Shown here piece after piece: positions 1 through 11,336 of a DNA stretch of 64,000 nucleotides (its first letter is position 1; each line of letters opens with the position of its first letter). The notes under the pieces were generated by a model that saw only the letters and a program-made list of their open reading frames with translations, was not told the origin of the DNA and searched no databases. Both the position numbers and the translations under genes were made by a program. Origin of the DNA: Heteronotia binoei (Eukaryota); NCBI RefSeq assembly GCF_032191835.1, contig NC_083243.1, positions 169,818,001-169,882,000 on the forward strand, in the 5' to 3' direction.

Positions 1-107
1 TAAATTGATGGAGAAGTCTAAAGATGACAAAATAGATTCCATAACTGATAATCTCATACCTATAATTTGAACAGGAAGGCCAACTTGAATAACATATCAA
101 AGATTAA

Positions 108-128
108 CTCATTGTTTCTTTTTAATAG
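108..128 (+). promoter_or_regulatory. Probable 3' splice acceptor upstream of the OR coding exon
   Basis: Pyrimidine tract ttgtttctttttaatAG ending 10 nt before the ATG; ORs typically have a 5' non-coding exon. Confidence 0.5.
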
Positions 129-138
129 TGGCAATGAG

Positions 139-1092
139 ATGCATCTGGCACACAGAAACCAGACCAACCAATCCGTTCCCTCTGAATTCATCTTCCAGGC
201 ATTCTCTACAGTTCCGGAGATACAATGTCTTCTATTCATATTCTTCCTTCTGCTCTATCTCACAATTATCTTTGGCAATGTATCCATCATCGGGGTAGCC
301 CTCACTGACCAATCCCTCCACACCCCCATGTATTTCTTCCTGGGTAACCTCTCTTTTCTAGAGATCTGTTACACCACTGTGGTGGTGCCTCAAATGCTGG
401 CCAGTATTTTAGATGTCCATAGACCAATCCCATTTGCAAACTGTGGTATCCAGATGTTCTTGTTTGTGGCACTAGGAAGTACTGACTGTTTCTTGTTGGC
501 TGTTATGGCATATGATCGTTATGTGGCTATCTGCTACCCACTCCGGTATACTTTGATCATGACCTGGAAGGTGTGCATATGGCTGGTTGTTGGCTCTGCA
601 GTGTTTGCCCTTGCATTGTCACTGGAACTGACTGTGCTGATCTTCACCTTGCCCTTTTGTGGTCACCAGCCTCAGATTAACCATTTCCTGTGTGACGTGC
701 CTCCTGTGCTGCGACTGGCATGTGCCGACACTCATATCCATCAGACGGTGTTATACAGTGTTGGTATCATGGTGTTAGCTGTCCCTTTCCTTCTGATAAG
801 CATTTCCTACATCTACATTGTGGCTGCCATTCTGCGGATCCGTTCTACATCTGGTCGGCATCAGGCCTTCTCCACCTGTTCCTCCCACTTGACGGTAGTG
901 ATCCTGCAGTATGGCTGCTGCAGTCTTGTTTACTTGCGTCCCAGGTCAACTTCTTCAGAGGATGAGGACCGGAAACTTGCTCTTATATATACATTTGTCA
1001 CTCCACTGTTAAATCCTCTCATCTACAGCCTGAGGAACAAGGATGTCAAGCAGGCCCTGAAGAAGGTTGTGAGGAAGACTGCTGAATCTTAG
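139..1092 (+). CDS. OR10Q1: Olfactory receptor, OR10Q1-like (copy A), 317 aa, intact
   Basis: OR motifs LHTPMYFFL, MAYDRYVAIC, HFLCDVPP, AFSTCSSH, PLLNPLIYSLRN; N-glycosylation sequons NQT/NQS. CGHQPQINHFLCDVPPVLRLACAD, LQYGCCSLVYLRPRS and SEDED match human OR10Q1 as I recall it. The ORF track starts at a TTG (67); the first in-frame ATG is 139. Confidence 0.93.
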   Translation: MHLAHRNQTNQSVPSEFIFQAFSTVPEIQCLLFIFFLLLYLTIIFGNVSIIGVALTDQSLHTPMYFFLGNLSFLEICYTTVVVPQMLASILDVHRPIPFANCGIQMFLFVALGSTDCFLLAVMAYDRYVAICYPLRYTLIMTWKVCIWLVVGSAVFALALSLELTVLIFTLPFCGHQPQINHFLCDVPPVLRLACADTHIHQTVLYSVGIMVLAVPFLLISISYIYIVAAILRIRSTSGRHQAFSTCSSHLTVVILQYGCCSLVYLRPRSTSSEDEDRKLALIYTFVTPLLNPLIYSLRNKDVKQALKKVVRKTAES

Positions 1093-2889
1093 GCATATTA
1101 ACATCTGATTGCCACAATCATCTGTGGTATGATAAAGTCCTCACAAGATGGCTCAGTTTCCTTATTTTTGCTTAGTGTATTTATACCTACCCACACACAG
1201 GTTAGTTCCCAGTGTTCTGTCACATCATGGAATTACATTGTTCATGCTTCAAAGTCAAGCTGGAGCTGATGCAGAAAACAATTGATTTGGACCTTTCACC
1301 TCTTGGGGGATAGGGCATTTAATCTTTTCCCACTGCAGATATTCCACATCTATCTCCCAAACTGCTATTAGCTGATGGCAAGGGGGAGACAGATACAGAT
1401 GTTAAAGCCCATATCTAGACCTTGGTGTAGCCTTACAATGGATTACTATTGCCTTAGAAATTGTATCCAGTGAATCCCTTCTGCTATATCTAATGAAGAA
1501 AATCTTGGAGCATTTCTCTGTCAAAGCAAGATTTAGCTGAATGGTGTTGTTGGATCCAATTTAGGGGAAGGGTATAACTGGATCTGATGCAATATAATTA
1601 CAAACTACACGATTAGTGTAGTTAGTTCCCTACCAACTGGGAAAGTTACTTTATAAATCTTAAATATGAATTAATATTATAGTTAATTTTAACTATCTAA
1701 TTTAAATATTGGATTAGGAAGCTTTTCATAGCTGCTTGGCTTACAAAGGTAATTGGACCAGATATTTTTATATGGCTTCCACTTGGCTAAGTGGTTAGAA
1801 GTTCTAGTCCAAGCATCACCACATCTTGTTTTCTAAGGATGCAAGAGTGCCAGAGACTTATATTTTTTTTTTTATTCACTGGAAATGTATGTAACTTTTC
1901 CAACATACCCTCAAAGTGGTTTCCAGATATACAGGTAATACCATAAACATTAAACCCAACAAAAATAGATTCAAACAATCAACATAACCACAGGGTAATT
2001 GACAAGGGCACTTTTAAATAATTTAACTTTAGATTTTCTCCTGAAGATTACCAGAAATGACAGTTCCCACCCACACTTTAGACAGTCCATTCTAAAATAG
2101 TGGTGCTGCAGCTGAAAAAGCCCAAGTTGCAATCTGCATATTGATGGCATTCCACAAATATATAAGCAGAATATATTTGGAGGCAAAGATGATCCCCTGC
2201 AAAGCAACAGATCGACTACCCCACATCAGATCCTGACATATCTTGCAGTAAATTGGGTGCATCTTGATGAAAGGGACAAGAAACCTACATGAGGGCAGTC
2301 TCTGGTTTTGCCTTGCCTAATTATCTCTTACTCATTCGGCTAAGTCTAGCCATACTGTTTTTACTTATTGTCAAATGTGCACTGTTTAAAACCCTGCTAT
2401 GCCTTTGCTTCATTTATGCAAGCTGATCGCTATGCAACTTTGCTTTTGTAGTGTCCTGTAAACCATGCCTGCAGTGATTTTTATGCAAATTTCTAATGAC
2501 TTCTGCACTGTTCTCTTTCTTGCAAATAACCAGAAGCTTCTGCATCTCTTGCTGCTGTGTTTGAAAGGGAATCTGTTCAATAAAGTTTTAAACTCTTCCT
2601 GGGGTGTTCACATCTCAAACTCAACTGGGATGTTCAAGCATTGACCAGGGGAACCAAGAAGGAAGGAAGTGTCCTCCATTCTCTTCCAGGTTGATAGTGC
2701 CTCTTACCAGAGTGGTAGCAGTGATTACCATATCCAATCCATCCTGGAATTACTCAGGATGGATTAAAGGGAATAGAATATGGGTGAGTGAGGGAGCACA
2801 GGTCCAACTGCCATCCCAGGATGGGATCTAGACTCCCCACCAGTTTTTGCTACAGGGAGAAGTTATTAATAGAAGGGGTGGCGGCTAGA

Positions 2890-3088
2890 CTGAGCTTTCC
2901 TGGATGAGGCAAATTATTTAGATCCCTTCCAATCTGAATTTAGGCTTGGTTATGGAACTGCAACAGTCTTGGCTGCTCTGGTGGATGACTAGAACCAGGA
3001 AATGGACAGAGGGAGAGCGAATCTGTTGATTCTCCTGGGCCTTTCAGCAACTTTCAATACCATAAATCATGGTATACTGCTGGTACAC
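2890..3088 (+). mobile_element. L2 LINE reverse-transcriptase fragment (part 1)
   Basis: Degenerate FLDEANYLDPFQS.FR.GYGT.T.L.ALVDD...LLILL.LSA.F.TI.HGILL. Confidence 0.8.
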
Positions 3089-3172
3089 CTACCCATGACA
3101 CAGCCTCTATTTTAAGGAAGGGAATCTGAAGAACTGAGCCAAACTGAGATGACCAGAGATAAAGTTCCAGAC

Positions 3173-3992
3173 TAGGGATGGGCAAGGAAAGCAAAAAGAA
3201 AGGTTCGTTTCATTTCATGGTTCTTTGGTTTGCCCGGACTGGTGGTTCAGTTTGTTTTGTGATTTTAAAATTTCTGAACAAATCGTAGTTTGTTTGGTTC
3301 AGGAGGGCTAGAAAGTGCTGGCACACTGTCAATGTGCCCTGCATGATTACATAATCCGTAAGTGCCACTATCACACCAGACATGTTGGACGGGGTGATGG
3401 GCCTGGTGCAATAGCTTTACTTACGAGTGACATCATTACGCCAGTCACATCACGGCACACAGGGAGGATCTCCCACCAATAATGACACCGAGGAGCCACC
3501 CAAAAAACAAGCCACTTCGTTCTGCGAGTCGTGCATATTGTGAATACCTGAACCAGTTCAGAATGAACCATGAATCAGCTATTTTAGGCACAAATTGCCG
3601 TTTTTACTTCAATTTGTGCTGTAAAGTACTGGGGTCGATGCAGTAAGAGACCAGAGTCAGAGAGTGATTTCAGCAAGCTTTACTTCAGGAACACAAACAC
3701 AGACTGAGCTCTATTCAAACCTCCCGCTCCTTTATACAATTCTTGCCCCCTTCTGATTGGTCCTTAACTATGTACATGGATTGGCTATTTACAGGGGCCT
3801 AAGGGCCTATCAGGGTACAGTATGAGCCTAGATGTTAATTGGCTACTTATGTTTCAATCCTTCCCCTGATTGGGCACACTTAGGCCTTCTCTGGAACCCT
3901 GGTGTGGAGTACAAGCTTTGGCTTGTTCAGCTTCCCTCCAAAAGTAACAGTTCTCCCATTTGAGCCTAGGACACAACATGTGCCCATCCCTA
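3173..3992. mobile_element. hAT-type MITE (TAGGGATGGGCA TIR)
   Basis: TIRs tagggatgggca / tgcccatcccta; 8-bp TSD ttccagac / ttctagac (7/8). Confidence 0.9.
3620..3978. mobile_element. Solo LTR inserted in the MITE
   Basis: TG...CA ends; perfect 5-bp TSD tgtgc at 3615-3619 and 3979-3983. Confidence 0.85.
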
Positions 3993-4577
3993 TTCTAGAC
4001 CTATTGGAGAAATTAAAAACTGATAAATCTCCAGGTCTTGGTGGTATACACCCAAGAGGGAGCTCAGATGTGAGATAGTTGATCTACTAACTCATATATG
4101 TAACCCATCACTAAATTCAGCTGCTATAACAGGAGAGTAGCAAATGTTACACCAGTTTTTAAAAAGAGATCCAGAGGGGAACTAGGAAACCACAAGCCAG
4201 TCAGCCAGTCAGCCTATTGTCTGTCTCATGCAAATTAGTAGAAACTGTAATCAAAGGCAGAATTGTTAGGCTCATAGAGGGACAAAGTCTTCTGAGGGGA
4301 AAACCAGCATGGCTTCTACAAAGGGAAGTTCTGCCTCACCAACCTTTTGGAGCTCTTTTGAAAAAGTGAACAAGCATGTAGATAATGGTTACCCAGTAGA
4401 CATTACATACATGGATTTTCAAAAACCTTTTGACAAGGTACCTTACCAAAGACTCCTGAGTAAACTTAGCAGTAATGGGATAAGAAAACAGGCTCTCTTA
4501 TGGATTAAAAATTGTTTAAATGACAGAAGGCAAAGAATAAGAATCAATGGACAGTTCTCACAATGGAAACCTGAACT

Positions 4578-4850
4578 GGTGCCTGGAGGCAGTTTGGGAT
4601 GCAGACTAATAACCTGAAGTGTAATAATGAGAAGATAGAAGCGCTAGTGGTGGGCAGAAGTCTGAGCAAGGATTTAAGGTGTCACACATTCTGGATCGGG
4701 TTACACTCCTCTAAAAGGAAGAGGACCATAGTCTGGGGATGCTCTTGGACCCAGGCGTGCTGCTGGATAAGCAGATGGCAGCTGTGGCCAGGAGTGCCTT
4801 TTACCAGCTTTGACTGGTTAGCCAGCTTTGGCTTTTCCTGGGCAGGAGGT
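4578..4850 (+). mobile_element. L2 LINE RT fragment (part 2)
   Basis: Degenerate CLEAV..WM..N.LK.N.EK.E.L, SLG.LLDP..LLDKQ.AAVARSAFYQL. Confidence 0.8.
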
Positions 4851-5619
4851 GCTCCTTGAATCTTTCCTCCCTGTCAAATAGAACCCCAGCAAAACAGAAT
4901 ATTCAAATGGGCTAGAAAATGAATAAAATATAGATACTGAAAATCTTGTGCCAAATCAGACAGAGCATGCCATAGGGAAAGCCACTGAGGCACACAGCCC
5001 AAAAATTGCTGCAAACAATTTCATTAGAAAATTATAGTAAACCAATTCACACATTTAATTCCACATGCTGACTCGTTCAAACAACAGAAGCAACCACTGG
5101 GCAATACATAAGGAGCACCAACTCCATTCTATGTTGCTTTCACAAATAAAGACCTGTATCAGTTCTAAGGGCTCAGTAGAGTTCCAAATGTTCAAAATAA
5201 GTCCAAAAGTCCCCATAGGATGTAACTGCACAACGGTACATTGGTAAATATCTGTAAAAATTTTTTAATGAGTTTAATTAATTTAAAAATGCTGAGGAAT
5301 TAAAAATCACACTAAAAGTGTAACAGCTCTAAAACTCCTTGCCAAATCCCACTGTATAACCGATAAAATTATCAGAAATGATTTTTATTCTATAAATTGA
5401 ATGAATTGTAATCCCCTACTACGTAATATAAAAAACGAATGTTATATTTAAATTTAAATTAATGACCAATAATAATTTAATTTTTTTATTTATTTTAATT
5501 TTTATCTCATGCACATAGACACTTTGGAATCTACAGCCTACAAAAACCAACTATATCTAAACTGGAATTGAGAGCCAGGGCTCCTAATCTGAATGTTCAA
5601 AATGATTCTTCTCTGAGTA

Positions 5620-6245
5620 GGACCTGCTTGGCAGTACACAGATACTTTCTTAAGGCCAAGGTTCAGCACATGAAATCTTACATTAGGGACACAGGAGATT
5701 TTATTCAGAAAATAGAATCTGCAGGATCAATTCTGCTCACCATGGGTGTTGCGGCACTTTATATGAGCATTCCTCTTGAGGAAGCTCGTAGCATTATTGA
5801 GAGAACATTGGAATTAAGAACCAGTAAAGAACCTCCCACTTTTGTACTCTTGGAATTTACTAACATAATTCTTGGGGGAGGGAGGAATTAAGTTTCAAGA
5901 TGTGTTTATGTCAGAGTTAGAAGAGCTTTCCATATATATAGCAACACCCAGAACCCTTTTTTTGAAGGGGTTTTTTTGTATTTTCGCTTTATTGATGACA
6001 TTTTTGCCATGCTTAAAGAATCATCTATGGTGGAGCCATTCTTGAAATGGGTTAATGGAATTAACTCGAGCATACGATACATAGCCACAGCCAATATGGA
6101 GGATGTGAATTTTTTGGATGTTACAGTATATATAGAGGACGTAGGCTGCTTGAAATCTTTTAGAAAGAGCACTGATGGGATTTCATATTTGAGTTAAATC
6201 ATTCCATCCACAACATCTTAGGAGAAATTTGCCCTGTGGGCAAAT
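5620..6245 (+). mobile_element. Penelope-like element RT fragment with internal deletion
   Basis: SYIRDTGDFIQKIE, LYMSIP, YFRFIDDIF, VNFLDVTV, FRKSTD..SYL; the expected G.PMG motif is missing. Confidence 0.85.
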
Positions 6246-6374
6246 AAAATGCAGTCCGCCCTATTCGCTGCTTGCCCAACCATCTCCTGTGGCTATCCTC
6301 TCTTCAAAAAATCATTTGTCATTCTCATCCGCTCTCTAATGTAATCAGCTTGCTTGGCTGCATTACGTTTTATT

Positions 6375-6680
6375 CTGAGACCATAAGAATGTAAGAACCT
6401 AAGAAAAGCCCTGGTAGATTGGACATAAGTTCATAAGAAAGGTATTTCAGTTCCTTAATCATCCTTGTTCCCCTCTTCTGCACTTTATCCAGCTCAGTAT
6501 TAGCGTTAAAGATATAGTGACCAGAATTGAACACACTATTCCAAATGAGGCTATGCCATACATACAGTATGTGTTTACAAGAGCATTACAGTTTTGGCCA
6601 TCTTATTTTCATTCCCTTTTTGTAATAACTACAGACATGGAGTTTGCCTTTTTCACTATTGAAATACTTTGAGTTGACAG
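6375..6680 (-). mobile_element. CR1 3' region remnant
   Basis: cataagaa-type terminal repeats and gtgaccagaattgaacacactattccaaatgagg (reverse complement of the CR1 ORF2 C-terminal region). Confidence 0.65.
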
Positions 6681-7083
6681 TTGCAGGTATTCTGTAATGG
6701 AAACCAGATTAATTGTGAGGTTAATATTCTTCAAATTTTAAAATGTAAACTACCATTTTACTAACATCCCCCTTTCCACAAATCAATAAAGACAGGTTAC
6801 TACAGAGTAAATGTATACAACACATAGCAAGAAGAAGAAAGCTTTCAGCCATGCTTAACATTATGTGTGTGTATTCAGGTAGGGATCCTTGTGTGAAAAC
6901 AGGGGTAATGGAAGTAGATAGCTATGTTGAAAGCAATGCTTAAACTCTATTATAAATCCAATACAACACAAATTACTAGGCCCCAACTGGGCTTCAGTTA
7001 GTAATCTGGTGACAGCAGAGAAGCACCCAGCCTCCAGCCAGCATTCCAGCTCTTCCCCATTGCTCCTTCTGCTGGAAGGGTTT

Positions 7084-7660
7084 GTAGCTCAGAGAATGTA
7101 CATTGCATGCTTGAGGTCCCAGGTTCAACTCTTGATGTTAGGGTTGCGAAGTCTCCTGCATTCTCTGGTGCGGGACTTTTGCTTGCACGCTTTGCGCACA
7201 CGCAACACAATGACATCACCTGGAAGTGACATCATCATGCCAGCGACGTCACATGTGGCTGCTCTAGCCGTTTCCAGGAAAACCTATTGTACCATAGTGT
7301 TTTCCTTCCCAAATTGCTAGAGCGTCTGAGGAAACCATAGAGTTTTCCTGGAAATGGCTAGAGCGGCCGCACGTGACATTGCCAGCACAATGACATCACC
7401 TGGAAGTGATATCATCGCACCAGCAATGTTGGGAGAGTTTCCCTCCACCGGCCCAATGTGGCGGGTTGGGAACCTCCAAGATGGGAGAATCCCCACCCGG
7501 CCTGGAGGCTTGGGAGCCCTACTTGATATCTCCAGTTAAGAATCAGGCAGTAGGTGATGGGAAAGACCTCTTCCTGAGACCCTGGAAAGCTGTTGCTAGT
7601 TAGAGTAGAAAATATTGACCTTGATAGACCAACAATCTGATTCAGTACAAGGCAGGTTCA
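7084..7660 (+). mobile_element. tRNA-derived SINE, interrupted by a MITE
   Basis: tagctcag A-box-like and ggtcccaggttcaa B-box-like motifs; body similar to the SINE at 31215-31390. Confidence 0.65.
7139..7521. mobile_element. hAT-type MITE (TAGGGTTGC TIR) with internal inverted and direct repeats
   Basis: TSD cttgatgt / cttgatat (7/8); internal IR gtcacatgtggctgctctagccgtttccaggaaaac vs gttttcctggaaatggctagagcggccgcacgtgac. Confidence 0.8.
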
Positions 7661-7969
7661 TGATTTATTTTGTTCTTGTGACTTGGTCACATTACTAACG
7701 AAAAAAATCTATTTTTTTTATGGAAGCTGGGAAAAAGTTTTGAAGAAACATTTTCAGTTTCAACAATTCTTTTTTAATAACTCCTTGTGAATATCTGAAG
7801 TGTGCAGGCACATGAAAGCTTACACAGAACAAAACTTAAAGATGCCACTAGACTCAAACTTTATTCCTCACGCTTCTGTTCTCTTTCCTGAGCCTTCTGT
7901 GTTAATCTTTCCTCAGATTCTTCTAACACTTTGGGAATAATTTTTTTCTCTTTATTACGAACAGATGAA

Positions 7970-8938
7970 ATGAACCTGACAGACCCAAATTACAGCAACC
8001 AATCAATTGCTACTGCGTTCATCTTCCAGGCATTCTCCACAATTCCTGTGCTACAGCATCTTCTCTTCACAATCTTCCTTTTGCTCTATTTCACAATTAT
8101 CCTTGGTAATGTGTCCATTATCTGGGTAGTCTGCACTGACCAGACCCTTCATACCCCCATGTATTTCTTCTTGGGCAACCTCTCTTTTCTAGAGATCTGT
8201 TACACCACTGTGGTAGTGCCTCAAATGCTGGCCAGTGTTTTAGATGTCCACAGAACAATCCCCATTATAAATTGTGCCCTCCAGATGTTCTTCTTTACAA
8301 CACTAGGTGGCACAGATTGCTTCATGTTGGCTGTTATGGCATATGACCGTTATGTGGCCATCTGTCACCCACTTCGCTACATCCTGATCATGACTTGGAA
8401 GATGTGTACAAGGTTGGTTGTTGGCTGTCTAGTGCTTTCCCTTATACTGTGTCTGGAACTTACACTTATGATTTTCACCTTGCCATTTTGTGGTCACCAG
8501 CCTCAGATTAACCATTTCCTGTGTGACGTGCCTCCTGTGCTGCGACTGGCATGTGCCGACACTCATATCCATCAGACTGTGTTATACAGTGTTGGTATCA
8601 TGGTGTTAGCTGTCCCTTTCCTTCTGATAAGCATTTCCTACATCTACATTGTGGCTGCCATTCTGCGGATCCGTTCTACATCTGGTCGGCATCAGGCCTT
8701 CTCCACCTGTTCCTCCCACTTGACGGTAGTGATCCTGCAGTACGGCTGTTGTAGTCTTGTTTACTTGCGTCCAAAGTCAAGCTCTTCAGATGAACAGGAC
8801 TGGCAACTTGCTCTTATATACACTTTCATTACTCCATTGCTGAACCCACTCATCTACAGCCTGAGGAACAAGGATGTCAAGCAGGCCCTGAAGAAGGTCA
8901 TGAGGAGGACTTCTGTATCCCAGCCCAATGAAGTCTGA
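7970..8938 (+). CDS. OR10Q1: Olfactory receptor, OR10Q1-like (copy B), 322 aa, intact
   Basis: Same OR motifs as copy A; paralog. First in-frame ATG is 7970 (the track starts at a TTG), preceded by a pyrimidine tract and acAG at 7963-7964. Confidence 0.93.
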   Translation: MNLTDPNYSNQSIATAFIFQAFSTIPVLQHLLFTIFLLLYFTIILGNVSIIWVVCTDQTLHTPMYFFLGNLSFLEICYTTVVVPQMLASVLDVHRTIPIINCALQMFFFTTLGGTDCFMLAVMAYDRYVAICHPLRYILIMTWKMCTRLVVGCLVLSLILCLELTLMIFTLPFCGHQPQINHFLCDVPPVLRLACADTHIHQTVLYSVGIMVLAVPFLLISISYIYIVAAILRIRSTSGRHQAFSTCSSHLTVVILQYGCCSLVYLRPKSSSSDEQDWQLALIYTFITPLLNPLIYSLRNKDVKQALKKVMRRTSVSQPNEV

Positions 8939-9689
8939 TTTCCATATGCTTTAAAACTCATTCTGCACTTAGCACTTGCCTCTCTTCTGTGCGAGGCTCC
9001 TCATGGTGGCTCTCCCCCCCCCCCCAGATCTTGCATTGGCTTCTCTGGAGCAGGGCTGCATGTTTCCTGCTTGCTCCCTGCCTCATGCAAACCTGAGCAC
9101 TGAGAATGAGACCAGGACAAAGGCTAATGCAGAATCAGTCTCAGGTTCCAAAGTGGTGGTGGATGTCAGATTAGTGCATGTAATTTATCTACTTCTCCAC
9201 TGACATACTCAGGGTGGCTTACAACAAAACAAAAAATACTCCATTAAGGGCATCAGTTTGCTGTATTTAAAGAAAAAACCTAAAGTGAGATAATACATCG
9301 AACTGGAAAATAGATTGTTTGCTTGGAAGTTACTAACTTAAAGGAAGTTAAGATTTAGCTCAGCGTGCAAAAAATATGGAATCTACATAGGAAATGCTAA
9401 AGGTCGAGCGGGTGTTATAAAACAAGTGCAAGAGGAAAATAAACAGAATTTTTAAAAACCACAGGAAGAGAACAAGGAACAGATTCAAAATTTAGAAGAG
9501 ATGGGGTAACTGTTATTGCTCTAGTGATAAATGGATTAAGGCTGGCCATTGAGAGGGTGACAAACAATACTGACTGCCTGTCAAGGTCTAGAGGCCATAG
9601 GAGGAAGTCTGAATGGATCCCACTAACAGTGCGATCATCAGAAGTGGTGCAACATTTTGATGCTAATAACGAGAGGGGTGCAAGCATGA

Positions 9690-10297
9690 GTCTGTCCAAA
9701 TCTCGAACGGGACCCTTGTGCCCTCCAGCCACGATCGCCAGGTTTTTAGGGCGAATGTGATTGCGTAGGCTTCTTTATCCCACACCGACCAATTTTGCTG
9801 TTCGTTTGAAAATTTGCGCGAGATGTAGGCACACGACCGTAGGTGACCCTCCCCATCCTTCTGCATCAATATTGCTCCTACAGCCGTGTCGGAGGCGTCG
9901 CATTGCACCATGAAGGGCTTAAGCTCATTCGGGTGCACCAGCAGCGGCTCGCTGGTAAATAGGTGCTTTAGGGTGTCAAACGCCTCTTGGCACTGTTTAG
10001 TCCATGCGAGCTTGGCCCCGGGTTTTTTCGCTTCGGGCCCCTTCCCCTTGGTCTGGAGCAGGTCTGTCAGTGGTAGGGCCACCTTGGTGAACCCCTGAAT
10101 GAACGACCTATAGAAATTTGCGAACCCGAGGAAAGATTGGAGCTGTCTACGTGTCCTCGGGGGTTCCCAGTCTAATACTGCCTGTATTTTGGCCGGGTCC
10201 ATGGCTAGCCCTTTGTCCGACACCCGGAATCCCAGATAATCCAATTCCTTTTGGTGAAACTCGCACTTGGAGAGTTTAGCATAGAGTTTGTTCTGAT
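9690..10297 (-). mobile_element. Gypsy/Ty3 pol fragment (RT C-terminus to RNase H), inverted
   Basis: KLSKCEF, DYLGFRVS, MDPAKIQAVLDW, FLGFANFYR.FI, CDASDTAVGAIL, AYISRKF, EIWTD. Confidence 0.92.
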
Positions 10298-10767
10298 ACA
10301 AAAAACATAGCCCGGGTTGGGACTTCCAGGTGGGGGAGACAGTCTTCCTTTCCACCAAGAATCTGCCCGTGCCTCAGACTTCACGGAAGCTAGCCTACCG
10401 GTTTTTGGGTCCATTCAAGATAAAGAGAGTGATTAACAAAGTGACTGTAGAACTGGACTTGCCCAAGCTATTCAGTAAAATACACCCTGTTTTCCATTGC
10501 AGTCTTATCTGTCGCGATCCGGGTGGGTCGAAGTGGCATCCTCGGAGCTCCGAGCCGGAACCTATTCTGGTGAGGGGCCAGAAACACCACGAAGTGAAGG
10601 AGATCCTGGACGCTAAGCTGCAACGGGGGGTTTTGCACTATTTAGTCCGCTGGCGCCACTTTCCGCCTAGCTGTGATGAATGGGTGAAACATTCTGACCT
10701 AAATGCTCCTTTCTTGCTGAAGCAATTTTACCTACTGCACCCAGACAAGCCCCGAGCAACAGCTTAG
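10298..10767 (+). mobile_element. Gypsy integrase C-terminus (GPY/F module) plus chromodomain
   Basis: FQVGETVFLSTKNL, KLAYRFLGPFKI, IHPVFHCSL, HEVKEILDAK..RG.LHYLVRW......DEW. Confidence 0.92.
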
Positions 10768-10778
10768 GGGGGGCAGTA

Positions 10779-11336
10779 TGTCAGCTTGTATACATTGAAG
10801 TTTACTTTATTACCTGCACTGTTTATTTACTGCTAACTTATGACTTTTTGCTGTACTAACCCCAGGGTTGTAGAGGAATGTGAAGGATGGCCGGGAGGGA
10901 GGAACCGAGGTGCCAAAGGCCTTTTGAAGTGCAAAACATCTAGCCGGTTCCCAGGTGCCTAGCAGAGATGAGCAAGGCCACAGCAGGGGAGGAGAGACAA
11001 TTTATGTAGGTGGGAGATAACAGATGGCGCCCTGGCTATCCTCAACAGAGGAGCCCCAGTTTTATCATGGGAAATGATTTAAAACCCCTATGCTTTGATG
11101 TGTATCCATATATGCTCATGCTTGCACCCCTCTCGTTATTAGTATCAACGAACTTGCATAGTGAAATGCATTGCTGTAATCAATAAAAGGAAACTTTGTT
11201 TTCAACAAAGCCAAGCCTGTTCCTTGTTGAAACTTCAATGCCCCTGCGATGACAGGGTTAGAGGAACCTTACTCTTTGTCAGCAGCACCCCATTTTAAAG
11301 GGACTGGCTCCCGTTAGAAGTACCAGGCATCTGACA
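10779..11336 (+). mobile_element. Gypsy 3' LTR
   Basis: Preceded by a G-run polypurine tract (agggggggcagta); TGTCAG...CTGACA termini; AATAAA near 11184. Confidence 0.85.

Larger units (their letters stand above)
3092..4568 (+). mobile_element. CR1 LINE RT fragment, interrupted by a MITE at 3173-3992
   Basis: Removing the MITE and one TSD restores EELSQTEMTRDKVLDLLEKLKTDKSPG. Downstream it reads ANVTP.FKK, FEKVNKHVD.G.PVDI.Y.DFQK.FDKVP.QRLL.KL. Confidence 0.9.

Noticed and set aside
67-138. N-terminal extensions of the OR ORFs from TTG starts (67 and 7931)
   Set aside because: Near-cognate starts that run through pyrimidine tracts and splice acceptors; vertebrate ORs start at the downstream ATG.
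720-965. Alternative-frame ORFs inside OR genes (also 8551-8754, 30373-30813, 40957-41145, 49844-50026)
   Set aside because: Shadow frames of real coding sequence with no independent protein features.
5259-5271. AATTTTTTAATGA, also 12/13 to the H/P 13-mer
   Set aside because: Lies in an extremely AT-rich, probably TE-derived tract with no O/E-like site; kept only as a measure of background.
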